58,483 nt of DNA, from assembly GCA_011388675.1 (NCBI GenBank), contig DROW01000204.1:1-58483 (forward strand), written 5' to 3'. The position numbers were made by a program, and so were the translations under genes. This document shows positions 27,711 to 35,795 of the stretch, piece after piece. Source of the stretch: Chloroflexota bacterium. GTDB lineage: Bacteria; Chloroflexota; Anaerolineae; B4-G1; DUEL01. Under the pieces are notes generated by a model that was not told where the DNA came from, did not search any database, and saw only the letters and a program-made list of their open reading frames with translations. How positions within the stretch are numbered: the first letter of the stretch is position 1; each line of letters opens with the position of its first letter.

Positions 27711-28999
27711 CCTCTCGCCCGCACCCCTTCCACCGGAAACACCTCTCGTCCGTCCACCAGCACCGGCCGACGGACCACCCGGCGCAACCGCTCCAGATCC
27801 ATCTCCCGGTACTCATCGTGTGCCACCATCACCACCACCGCGTCGCATCCTCGCACCCGCTCCTCCAGGTCCCCCCGGTACGCGGGCACCCATGGGTCGT
27901 GGATCACCACCTCAGCCCCCATCTCCCGCAGCCGCCGCACCAGCACCTCCGAGGGGCTGTTCCGGGTGTCGTCGGTGTTCTCCCGGTAGGCGTACCCCAG
28001 CACAGCCACCCGCGATCCCTCGATCCCCACGCCCGCCTCTCGCAGCCCGTCCACCACCAATTCGGCCACGTGGAGCGGCATCCCGTCGTTGACCGCCCGC
28101 GCCGCCGGGATCAGCCGAGGCGTGAATCTCTCGCCCGCGTTGGCGATGAGCAACCAGGGGTCCTTGGGAATGCAGTGCCCCCCTACCCCTGCGCCCGGCA
28201 GGTGCATATCCCGCCCCGGCGACTTGTTCACCAACTCCCGCACCCGCCACACGTCCGCCCCCATCGTCTCGCACAACAGCGCCACCTCGTTGGCGAAAGC
28301 GATCTGCACGTCCCGGTAGGCGTTCTCCGCCGTCTTCACCAACTCCGCCGTCAGGCAGTCGGTGGGGTCCAGGTCCCCTTCCACGATGTGCCGGTACAGG
28401 GCCACCGCCACCTCTGCGGCCTCAAGGGGCATTCCCCCCACCACGCGGGACATATGCCGCAGGTTGTACAGCAGTCGCCCCGGCATCACCCGCTCCGGGC
28501 AGTGGACCAAATAGAGATCTTCCCCAACCCGCAGGCCCGACTTCTCCTCCAGCAGCGGTCGGACCAGTCGGTCCATCGTCCCCGGGGCGAGGGTGGATTC
28601 GACGATGACCATCGTGTTGGGGGAGAGGTGCGCCGCCAGCGAGGTCAGCGCGCCGCGCAGGGCCTCGTAGCGCGGCTTGTGCGTCTCCGGGTCCACCGGC
28701 GTCTCCACCACCACGAGGACCACCTGCGCGTCCCGGCAGACGGCGTAGTCGGTGGTCGTCGTGAGCCGCTTCTCGGCCATCACGCGGGCGACCAATTCGG
28801 GCAGGCCCGGCTCCTCCCCCTCAATGGGGCACTCCCCGCGCCCGATCCGGCGCACCTTCTCCTCGTCCCGATCCAGCCCCCACACCCGAAACCCCACCTC
28901 GGCGAACCGACAGGCCACGGGGAGCCCCACGTACCCCAGGCCGAGGACGACGATCTTCGCCGATTTCCGCTCGATTGCACGCAGGAGACGTTCTTTCAT
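27665..28999 (-). CDS. UDP-N-acetyl-hexosamine 6-dehydrogenase (WbpA/WecC-like nucleotide-sugar dehydrogenase)
   Basis: KIVVLGLGYVGLPVA Rossmann fold, GGHCIPKDP catalytic Cys and YRENTDDTRNSP. Confidence 0.8.
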   Translation of the reverse strand: MKERLLRAIERKSAKIVVLGLGYVGLPVACRFAEVGFRVWGLDRDEEKVRRIGRGECPIEGEEPGLPELVARVMAEKRLTTTTDYAVCRDAQVVLVVVETPVDPETHKPRYEALRGALTSLAAHLSPNTMVIVESTLAPGTMDRLVRPLLEEKSGLRVGEDLYLVHCPERVMPGRLLYNLRHMSRVVGGMPLEAAEVAVALYRHIVEGDLDPTDCLTAELVKTAENAYRDVQIAFANEVALLCETMGADVWRVRELVNKSPGRDMHLPGAGVGGHCIPKDPWLLIANAGERFTPRLIPAARAVNDGMPLHVAELVVDGLREAGVGIEGSRVAVLGYAYRENTDDTRNSPSEVLVRRLREMGAEVVIHDPWVPAYRGDLEERVRGCDAVVVMVAHDEYREMDLERLRRVVRRPVLVDGREVFPVEGVRARGWVCRRIGVGTRRDG

Positions 29000-30015
29000 C
29001 CCTCGCCGTCCAGTTCGATCACGCGCCCCTCACGACCCGATCGGACCAGCGCGTGGGCCAGTCGAAGAGCGGAAAGGCCGTCCTCCCCCGTGACGATCCC
29101 GGCTGGCTCCTGCCGGACCGCCTTCACGAACGTCTCCAGTTCGACGCGCAACGGCTCCCGCCGGTGGAGCCGCAGACGGACCATCCGACCCTCGCTCACC
29201 CCGCGCAGCAACCGCAGGTGGTTCCAGTCGAGCCCCCCCGCCTCCTCGTTCTCGTAGAAATAGAGGTCCTGCGTGAGCAGATTGGCCAGGAACATCCCCC
29301 GCTGCCCGGTAACCGTGATCTCCCGCACCTTGGTGGGCGTGAGCCAGTTGATGGTCAACACGCCGACCACTCCGTTCTCGAAGCGGAGCAACCCGGCGAA
29401 AAGGTCTTCGTGGTCGGTGTGGATCTCCTGCTCCGTCTCGGCGTAGAGACGACGGACCCGGCTTCCCGTCAGGTAGCGCATAATGTCCAGGTCGTGCGGG
29501 GCCAGATCGACCACAACGCCCACGTCCCGCACGCGGGCCGGGAAGGGGCCCAGCCGCCGGGCGTGGATCTGGAAGATCTGCCCCAGTTCCCCCGCGTCTA
29601 ACCGCCGCTTCAGTTCGATGACGGCCGGGTTGTACCGCTCGATGTGACCAATCGCCAGCACCCGCCCCAGTTCGGCCGCCCGCTCGATCAGCCTCTGCCC
29701 CTCCTCCAGGGTCGCGGTGATCGGTTTCTCCACCAGCACGTGGCAGCCGGCCTCCATCACCTCCACCGCCACCGAGAAATGGTGCTGCGTGGGGACGGCG
29801 ACGGAGACGATCTCGGGACGAACCTCCTCCAGCATCCGCCGGTAGTCGGTATAGGGCCGGGCACCGTACAGTCGGGCGGTCTCCTGGACCCGTGCGGAGT
29901 CCAGGTCGGCCGCCGCGACCAGATCGACGTCCGGGATCTCGTTGTACACCCGGGCGTGGTTGCGCCCCATCGCGCCCACGCCGATGACGGCAGCACGAAG
30001 TGGTCGTTGGTCCAT
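28996..30015 (-). CDS. Gfo/Idh/MocA oxidoreductase (WbpB-like)
   Basis: MDQRPLRAAVIGVGAMGRNHARVY...VLVEKPI. ATG 30015; the track ORF to 30498 is an R/P-rich extension. Confidence 0.75.
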   Translation of the reverse strand: MDQRPLRAAVIGVGAMGRNHARVYNEIPDVDLVAAADLDSARVQETARLYGARPYTDYRRMLEEVRPEIVSVAVPTQHHFSVAVEVMEAGCHVLVEKPITATLEEGQRLIERAAELGRVLAIGHIERYNPAVIELKRRLDAGELGQIFQIHARRLGPFPARVRDVGVVVDLAPHDLDIMRYLTGSRVRRLYAETEQEIHTDHEDLFAGLLRFENGVVGVLTINWLTPTKVREITVTGQRGMFLANLLTQDLYFYENEEAGGLDWNHLRLLRGVSEGRMVRLRLHRREPLRVELETFVKAVRQEPAGIVTGEDGLSALRLAHALVRSGREGRVIELDGEG

Positions 30016-30023
30016 CTCGCCCC

Positions 30024-31094
30024 CTACAGCCGGTTCACCGCTTCGACGATCCGTTCCAGGTCGGCCTGGCTCAGCGCCGGATGCACCGGCAGGGAGATGA
30101 CCTCCCTGGAGAGTCGCTCCGCCACCGGCAGGTGGACCTCCCCCACCACCCGTCGGATGTGGTCGTAATGGTGGGCCGGCCTGGGGTAGAAAACCCCCGT
30201 TCCGATCCCGGCCTCGTTCAGCCGCCGGACCGCCTCGTCCCGATCTCGCCCGCCGTTCACCCGTACCGTGTATTGGTGCCAGACGTGGCCGTACCCCTCC
30301 CGCACCGTCGGCGTGATCACGGAGCGGAGGTGTTCGGAAAGGTAAGCCGCGTTGGCCCGGCGTCGGGCGGTGAACTCCTCCAGCCGGTCCATCTGCACCA
30401 GCCCGATGGCGGCGTGGAGGTCGCTCATCCGGAAGTTGTACCCCAGGAGTTCGTACTGGTACCGCTCCCGCATCCCGTGGTTGCGCAGCATCCGACATCG
30501 CTCGGCGATCTCAGGATCGTCGGTGGTGATCATCCCTCCCTCGCCGGCCATTACGTTCTTCGTCGCGTAGAGGCTAAAGCAAGCGGTGCCGAAACTCCCT
30601 ACAGGCCGGCCCTTGTAGGTGGCCCCGACGGCCTGGGCGGCGTCCTCGATCACCGCCAGGCCGTGCCGCCGCGCGATCTCCAGGATGGGGTCCATATCAC
30701 ACGGATAGCCGTAGAGATGGACCGGGATGATGGCCCGCGTGCGAGGGGTCACCGCCGCCTCGATCTGTGCCGGGTCGATGTTGAAGGTGTCCTCCTCAAC
30801 GTCCACCAAGACCGGCTTCGCGCCGACGAACAGGATGGCGTTGACCGTGGCGATGAAGGTGAAGGGCGTGGTGATCACCTCGTCGCCGGGGCCGATGCCG
30901 TGGGCCAGCAAGGCCAGGTGAAGCGCCGTCGTCCCCGAAGAGGTTGCGATCGCGTACCGGGTTCCGCACAATTGGGCGAACCGCTCCTCCAATTGGGCGA
31001 CTCGCGGTCCCTGGGCCAATCGCCCCGACTCCAGCACCTCGACGACGGCTCTCTTTTCCGCCTCTCCGATGATCGGTTTTGAAATCGGAATCAT
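30024..31094 (-). CDS. DegT/DnrJ/EryC1 PLP aminotransferase (WbpE-like)
   Basis: MIPISKPIIGEAEKRAVVEVLESG..., FSLYATKNVMAGEGG (PLP Lys) and GYNFRMSDLHAAIG. ATG 31094 overlaps the upstream stop (ATGA). Confidence 0.85.
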   Translation of the reverse strand: MIPISKPIIGEAEKRAVVEVLESGRLAQGPRVAQLEERFAQLCGTRYAIATSSGTTALHLALLAHGIGPGDEVITTPFTFIATVNAILFVGAKPVLVDVEEDTFNIDPAQIEAAVTPRTRAIIPVHLYGYPCDMDPILEIARRHGLAVIEDAAQAVGATYKGRPVGSFGTACFSLYATKNVMAGEGGMITTDDPEIAERCRMLRNHGMRERYQYELLGYNFRMSDLHAAIGLVQMDRLEEFTARRRANAAYLSEHLRSVITPTVREGYGHVWHQYTVRVNGGRDRDEAVRRLNEAGIGTGVFYPRPAHHYDHIRRVVGEVHLPVAERLSREVISLPVHPALSQADLERIVEAVNRL

Positions 31095-31723
31095 TCGACT
31101 CGCTCCCAATCCTTTCGATCTACATCGATCTCCGTGCCACAGGCCGGACACCGCAGCCGTACCTTACCTCCTGCTCCCTGCTCCCTCGCTCCCCTGCCTC
31201 CTGCTCTCTCCAACCGATGCCCGCACGGGCAAACGAACCCTCGCAGTCGGGCTGGATTTCCCCACACCAGACCGTAGTCCGGCACATCGCGGGAGACCAC
31301 CGAGCCAGCGCCGACCATCGCCCACTCACCAATGGTCACCCCGCAGACGATGACGGCGTTGGCCCCGATGGAGGCCCCGCGCCCGACCCGGGTCTCGACC
31401 ACCTCCCAATCGTCGGCCGCCTTGAGGGACCCATCTGGGTTGATCGCCCGTGGACGTTTGTCGTTGGTGAAGACGCAGTGGGGGCCGCAGAAGACACCGT
31501 CCTCAATGGTGACGCCGTGATAGATCGAAACGTAGTTCTGCACCTTGACGTTGTCTCCGATGACCACTCCGGCGTCCACATAGACCCCCTTGCCCAGGAT
31601 GCAGTTCCGTCCGATCCGGGCCCCCTCCCGCACCTGAGCCTGATGCCAGATCGACGTCCCCTCCCCGATCTGGGCCTGTGGGGACACCTCTGCCGTGGGA
31701 TGGATTCTGACTCCCTTGTGCAC
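31091..31723 (-). CDS. left-handed beta-helix N-acetyltransferase (WbpD/WxcM-like) with C-terminal CxxC..CxxC ribbon
   Basis: Hexapeptide repeats (IGEGTSIWHQAQVREGARIGRNCILGKGVYVDAGVVIGDNVKV) and the C-terminus FVCPCGHRL[ERAGGRGAREQGAGGK]VRLRCPACG. Confidence 0.75.
   Translation of the reverse strand: MHKGVRIHPTAEVSPQAQIGEGTSIWHQAQVREGARIGRNCILGKGVYVDAGVVIGDNVKVQNYVSIYHGVTIEDGVFCGPHCVFTNDKRPRAINPDGSLKAADDWEVVETRVGRGASIGANAVIVCGVTIGEWAMVGAGSVVSRDVPDYGLVWGNPARLRGFVCPCGHRLERAGGRGAREQGAGGKVRLRCPACGTEIDVDRKDWERVE
31165..31212 (-). repeat. 7-8-nt periodic purine-rich array (GCARGGR units) inside the acetyltransferase ORF
   Basis: The minus strand reads GAGAGCAGGAGGCAGGGGAGCGAGGGAGCAGGGAGCAGGAGGTAAGG, translated as ERAGGRGAREQGAGGK. 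Confidence 0.7.
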
Positions 31724-31726
31724 GTT

Positions 31727-32644
31727 TCACCCCCCTAATCGTTCAAGGCCCTCCTCCAGCCCGACCTGTGCGGTCCATCCCAGCGTCTCCCGGATCCGCC
31801 GCACGTCCGCCAGCGAGTGAAGGACCTCGCCGGGGCGAGGTGGGGCAAAGGCGGGCCTCAGGTGGGTCCCTAACGTATGGTTGAGAACAGTTACCAATTT
31901 TAGCACACTCGTCTGTGCCCCGCCAGCGACGTTGAACACCTCTCCCACCGCCTCTTCCCGTTCCACGGCCCGCACCACCGCCTCCACCACATCGGTCACG
32001 TACACGAAGTCCCGCGTCTGGTGTCCGTCCCCGTACACCACCGGCGGCAGCCCCCGCCGCATCCGGTCGACGAAGATGCTGACCACCCCCGAGTATGGGC
32101 TGTGGGGGACCTGCCGCGGGCCGTACACGTTGAAGAAACGCAGCACCACCGTCGGCAGCCCATAGGAGGCACAGTAAGCCCGGCAAAGGGCCTCTCCCGC
32201 CACCTTGCAGGCCGCGTAAGGGGAGAGGGGTCTTAAGGGCAGGTCCTCCCGCAGCGGCAACTCCTCGTGGTCGCCGTAAACCGCCGCCGAGGAGGCGAAG
32301 ACGAACCGGCGCACCCCTCCCGTCCGCGCCGCCTCCAACAGGTTCAGCGTCCCGTCGACGTTGACCGCCCAAACCCGCTTCGGGTCCTCCAGCGACGCTT
32401 GCACCGAGGCCACCGCGGCCAGGTGGGCGACCACCTCGACCCCCTCCATCGCCCGCGTCACCACCGTCGGGTCCCTAACGTCCCCCTCCATCACCTCCAC
32501 CCGGCCCCGCACCGCCGCCAGGTTCTCCCACCGGCCGGTGGAGAAGTCGTCCAGCACCCGCACCCGCTCCCCCCGCGCCACCAGCGTTTCGACCAGATGC
32601 GAGCCGATGAACCCCGCCCCCCCCGTCACCAGCCAGAGCGTCAC
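31727..32644 (-). CDS. NAD-dependent sugar epimerase/dehydratase (extended SDR)
   Basis: VTLWLVTGGAGFIGSHL and YAACK (YxxxK). GTG 32644 overlaps the GT2 TGA (GTGA). The track ORF to 33214 is rejected. Confidence 0.8.
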   Translation of the reverse strand: MTLWLVTGGAGFIGSHLVETLVARGERVRVLDDFSTGRWENLAAVRGRVEVMEGDVRDPTVVTRAMEGVEVVAHLAAVASVQASLEDPKRVWAVNVDGTLNLLEAARTGGVRRFVFASSAAVYGDHEELPLREDLPLRPLSPYAACKVAGEALCRAYCASYGLPTVVLRFFNVYGPRQVPHSPYSGVVSIFVDRMRRGLPPVVYGDGHQTRDFVYVTDVVEAVVRAVEREEAVGEVFNVAGGAQTSVLKLVTVLNHTLGTHLRPAFAPPRPGEVLHSLADVRRIRETLGWTAQVGLEEGLERLGG

Positions 32645-33372
32645 TCTCCTGCTCCCCTGCTCCTTTGCCCCTTTGCCCCTCTGCTCCCCGACAGGAACCG
32701 ATACCGCACCAGCGTCCAGATCGCCACGATCCCGTCCCGCCAGTGGATCTTCTTCCCTTCCTCGCGGGTCCGCGGGCGGTAGGAGATCGGGACCTCGACG
32801 ATGCGGATCCCGCGGCGCAGGATCTTCGCCGTCACCTCGGGACAGAACTCGAAACCGTCGGCCTCCCACTGCAAACTGCGGAAGAGGTCGGCGCGGAAGG
32901 CCTTGTACCCGGTCGCCTCGTCGGTGATCCGGGTGCCGTAGAGGAGGCTGACCAGCCAGCTGAGCAGCCGCCCGCCCCAGTAGAAGACCCACGAAGAGCG
33001 AGGGTTCCGCTGCAGGTTGCGGGAGCCGTAGACCACCTGGACCTCCGGGGAGGCGAAGGGGGCCAGGAGGCGGGGGTAGTCCGCCGGATCGTACTCCAGG
33101 TCGGCGTCCTGGGTGATGACCACGTCTCCGGTGATGTGGGGGACCGCCGTGCGCAGGGCGGCTCCCTTTCCCCGGTTCCGCTCGTGCCGCAGCGGTTTCA
33201 CCACGCCGGGCCAACGGGCCGCCAACGTCTGGACCACCTTCCAGGTGCCGTCGGTGGAGCCGTCATCGATGATCAGCACCTCCTTGTCGACGTCCACCGC
33301 CATCACGCGCTCCACGACCTGGGCCAGGGTGGAGACCTCGTTGTAGACCGGGATCAGCACCGAGACCTTCAC
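32641..33372 (-). CDS. GT2-family glycosyltransferase (polyprenyl-phosphate glycosyltransferase-like)
   Basis: MKVSVLIPVYNEVSTL...IIDDGSTDGT...NRGKGAALR...VITQDADLEYDP. Confidence 0.8.
   Translation of the reverse strand: MKVSVLIPVYNEVSTLAQVVERVMAVDVDKEVLIIDDGSTDGTWKVVQTLAARWPGVVKPLRHERNRGKGAALRTAVPHITGDVVITQDADLEYDPADYPRLLAPFASPEVQVVYGSRNLQRNPRSSWVFYWGGRLLSWLVSLLYGTRITDEATGYKAFRADLFRSLQWEADGFEFCPEVTAKILRRGIRIVEVPISYRPRTREEGKKIHWRDGIVAIWTLVRYRFLSGSRGAKGQRSRGAGE
32645..32689 (-). repeat. 8-nt periodic purine-rich array (RRGGRGCA x5-6) forming the GT2 C-terminal tail
   Basis: The minus strand reads GGGGAGCA GAGGGGCA AAGGGGCA AAGGAGCA GGGGAGCA GGAGA, translated as GSRGAKGQRSRGAGE. It ends at the next gene's GTG. 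Confidence 0.75.
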
Positions 33373-34040
33373 GTTTCCTCCCTTCGACGGGATGCCTCCC
33401 GGCCGAGGAGGCCGCGAATGCGGGCGGCAACCATCTCAATGGCGACCTCGTTGAACCCTCCCTCCGGGATGATCACGTCGGCGTACCGTTTGCTGGGTTC
33501 GACGAACTCCAGGTGCATCGGACGGACCGTCCTCAGGTACTGCTCGATCACCGATTCGAAGGTGCGCCCCCGCTCCTGCACGTCCCGTCGGATGCGCCGG
33601 ATCAGACGAATGTCGGCGTCGGTGTCGACGAAGAGTTTGACGTCGAACATCTCCCGCAGCGCCGGTTCGGCGAAGACCAGAATCCCTTCCACCAGGATGA
33701 CCGGTGCGGGCTCGACCCGCCGCGTCTCCTTCGTCCGCGTGTGGGTCGTGAAGTCGTACACGGGGATCTCCACGGGTTCGCCAGCCCGTAGCCGACGGAG
33801 GTGCTCGATGAGCAGTTCGGTCTCCAGGGAATCGGGGTGGTCGAAGTTGACCCGCGCTCGCTCCTCCGGCGGGAGATGGCTGAGGTCCCGATAGTAGGCG
33901 TCGTGAGGGATGTACGCGATATGCTCCGCGCCCACCCGCTCCAGGATCCGCATCGCCACCGTGGTCTTACCCGAGCCGGTCCCACCGGCCACTCCGATGA
34001 TGATCGGCCTGCTGCCCACGTCCTCTCTCCTTTCCTCCAA
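33369..34040 (-). CDS. udk: uridine kinase
   Basis: IIGVAGGTGSGKTT, NFDHPDSLE, YDFTTHTR and VDTDADIRLIRRIRRD. An alternative GTG start is at 34019. Confidence 0.9.
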   Translation of the reverse strand: MEERREDVGSRPIIIGVAGGTGSGKTTVAMRILERVGAEHIAYIPHDAYYRDLSHLPPEERARVNFDHPDSLETELLIEHLRRLRAGEPVEIPVYDFTTHTRTKETRRVEPAPVILVEGILVFAEPALREMFDVKLFVDTDADIRLIRRIRRDVQERGRTFESVIEQYLRTVRPMHLEFVEPSKRYADVIIPEGGFNEVAIEMVAARIRGLLGREASRRREET

Positions 34041-35388
34041 AGATCAGATACATCCCGATGCCCACCGCAGCCAACACCGTGAACGCGATCTGGAGGGAAG
34101 AACCTCGCCAGAGCACACCGCCGCGCAGGAGGCTGTAGAGCGCGCTCCCCGATGCGAGGGCGGCCGCTGCACCGGCCGCCGCACGAACGGCCTGCCACGC
34201 CCGTCCTCCCTTCCCCCGCCACACCCTGGGCAGGTCGCCCGCGCCGACCAGTTGTCCCTGATCGACCCGGAGCCACAGCCGCCGCACCGGCCAGAACCCC
34301 CACCCCAGCATCGCCACGCCGATCAGCGCCAGGGCCAGCACCTTCAGCCAGTAGCCGGGATCGCGGACGGCCAGCAGCAAGGGGTACGCCCCCTGCGCGA
34401 TGTGGATGTCCAGTTCCTCGACCGCGAGGGTGGTCGCCTCCCCACTCGCCGTCCCCTCCCACACCAGTCTCCCCGAAGGGCTGCGGAAGACCTGAACCTG
34501 GAGGTCCATCCCGGGACGGAAGGGGGTCTCCGGCCTCGGCGCGATGCGGACGATCAACCCGGCATCGGGGATGGCGAAGTAGGCGTCCCGTTCCTCCTCC
34601 GTGAGCCGGAAGTAGAGAATGGAGGAGGGGGAGTCGCTGGCTGATTGTTGCAGCCCTAAGGGATTCCCCGCCGAGTCCACGGCGGAGACGGTGAGTTCGG
34701 GGCCTGACCCGACGGGGTAGACGCGCACGCCGGGTCGGTCGGCCGCCCATCCAGCGGCGGTCTTCACGAGGGTGAACACGCCGTCCCCCGGCACGCTTAC
34801 CGTCCTGCCCGCCTCTCCGACGACGCCCTCCACCTTCCACCCCGCCGCCTCGCCGACCAGAAGGCCGAGCAGGAGCAACAACGGTGCCAGGTTGGCCAGC
34901 AACGCCGTCAACTCAGCCCAGGGCCACCGATCGGCCTGTAGGACGTGGCCCTTCACGACCCGCCGGGTGCGGTAGCCGCGCCGGGATAGCCAGCGGGCCA
35001 TCTCCTCCAGCGTCCCCTCGTCCAGCCGCGTCCACTCCCCGTGCCCCCGCCCCGCCCGCCGCCCCTGCCACAGCCGCTCGGCCCAGGCGACGGTGCGCAC
35101 GAGGAGGAGGAAGGCCAGCATCGCCAGGATGGCCCGATAGAAGGGAGAGCGTAAGAGGGTGAAGAGGCCCAGGCTGCGGAGGGGACCGGTGAGCGCGCCG
35201 AAGCGGGCCTCCGCCCGAATCATCCACCGCCCCAGCCCCAGAGGGTCGGGCGGGGCCTGGGGGATGAGGAGGAGCAGCACCCAGCAGAGGGCCAGGGCCA
35301 GCAAGACAGCGGCGAGCGCAACGTCCCCGGTCGCGAACTCCCAGAGGGCATGCCAGAATGTCCGTTGGGACCTGGATTCAGCGGGCAT
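33967..35388 (-). CDS. ResB/Ccs1-like membrane protein (cytochrome c biogenesis family), tentative
   Basis: The N-terminus FWHALWEFATGDVALAAVLLALALCWVLLLLIPQ resembles ResB. It has a large central soluble region and C-terminal TM helices. No ccsA/resC is adjacent. Confidence 0.4.
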   Translation of the reverse strand: MPAESRSQRTFWHALWEFATGDVALAAVLLALALCWVLLLLIPQAPPDPLGLGRWMIRAEARFGALTGPLRSLGLFTLLRSPFYRAILAMLAFLLLVRTVAWAERLWQGRRAGRGHGEWTRLDEGTLEEMARWLSRRGYRTRRVVKGHVLQADRWPWAELTALLANLAPLLLLLGLLVGEAAGWKVEGVVGEAGRTVSVPGDGVFTLVKTAAGWAADRPGVRVYPVGSGPELTVSAVDSAGNPLGLQQSASDSPSSILYFRLTEEERDAYFAIPDAGLIVRIAPRPETPFRPGMDLQVQVFRSPSGRLVWEGTASGEATTLAVEELDIHIAQGAYPLLLAVRDPGYWLKVLALALIGVAMLGWGFWPVRRLWLRVDQGQLVGAGDLPRVWRGKGGRAWQAVRAAAGAAAALASGSALYSLLRGGVLWRGSSLQIAFTVLAAVGIGMYLIFGGKERGRGQQADHHRSGRWDRLG

Positions 35389-35397
35389 CTTTCACAC

Positions 35398-35422
35398 AAA
35401 AGGCCCCGTTGCCGCCGGGGCC
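35398..35422 (-). terminator. intrinsic terminator downstream of tRNA-Thr
   Basis: The minus strand reads GGCCCCG-gcggcaa-CGGGGCC followed by TTTTGTGTG. Confidence 0.55.
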
Positions 35423-35434
35423 GTCGATATGGTA

Positions 35435-35507
35435 AGCCACCCGTCGGACTCGAACCGACAACCGACCGCTTACGAGGCGGTTGCTCTGCCGCTTGAGCTA
35501 GGGTGGC
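35435..35507 (-). tRNA. tRNA-Thr (anticodon CGT)
   Basis: GCCACCC TA GCTC AAGCGGCA GAGC A ACCGC CTCGTAA GCGGT CGGTT GTCGG TTCGAGT CCGAC GGGTGGC T is a 73-nt cloverleaf with all stems Watson-Crick. CCA is not encoded at the canonical position. Confidence 0.9.
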
Positions 35508-35516
35508 GCGGGGGTG

Positions 35517-35544
35517 ATTATACCATATTGGGGACTTTTGGCAA
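35517..35544 (-). promoter_or_regulatory. tRNA-Thr promoter (TTGCCA-16-TGgTATAAT)
   Basis: The minus strand reads TTGCCAAAAGTCCCCAATATGGTATAAT. The tRNA 5' end is 9 nt after the hexamer. Confidence 0.6.
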
Positions 35545-35721
35545 CCAGCCCCTCCTCGGTGTTCGAAGCGAATCAGGCTACCCGGGAGGTGACCGGCACT
35601 TTCCCCAGACGTGCATCTCGGCCCCTTCGTAGCGACTTTCAACGCCGACCGGTTGACTCCGGAAAGGCGGAAGTACCGGTCACCTCTGGGGTTGGTAAGC
35701 CCCGCCAACGGCTGGAGAAAG

Positions 35722-35750
35722 TTGACGGGACGAGCGAGACGTGGTATAAT
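35722..35750 (+). promoter_or_regulatory. tetR promoter (TTGACG-17-TATAAT with TGg extended -10)
   Basis: GTTGACGGGACGAGCGAGACGTGGTATAAT, 46 nt upstream of ATG 35796. Confidence 0.65.
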
Positions 35751-35752
35751 CT

Positions 35753-35770
35753 ATACCGACCGGTCGGTAT
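35753..35770. promoter_or_regulatory. perfect 18-bp palindromic operator ATACCGACCGGTCGGTAT
   Basis: It starts 2 nt after the -10 hexamer and covers the predicted transcription start. This is the classic TetR autoregulation geometry. Confidence 0.6.
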
Positions 35771-35795
35771 GTAACCCAAGATCAAGGACACGGAA

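Noticed and set aside
27644-29257. 537-aa plus-strand ORF and other P/H/R-rich ORFs across the dehydrogenase/oxidoreductase genes
   Set aside because: They have P/H/R-rich composition and no motifs. The minus-strand frames encode WbpA/WbpB-like enzymes with Rossmann and catalytic-Cys signatures.
35430-35434. Encoded CCA tail on tRNA-Thr
   Set aside because: The minus strand reads GGGTGGC-T-TACCA, so the CCA is offset by two nt from the discriminator. This is probably coincidental, with CCA added post-transcriptionally.
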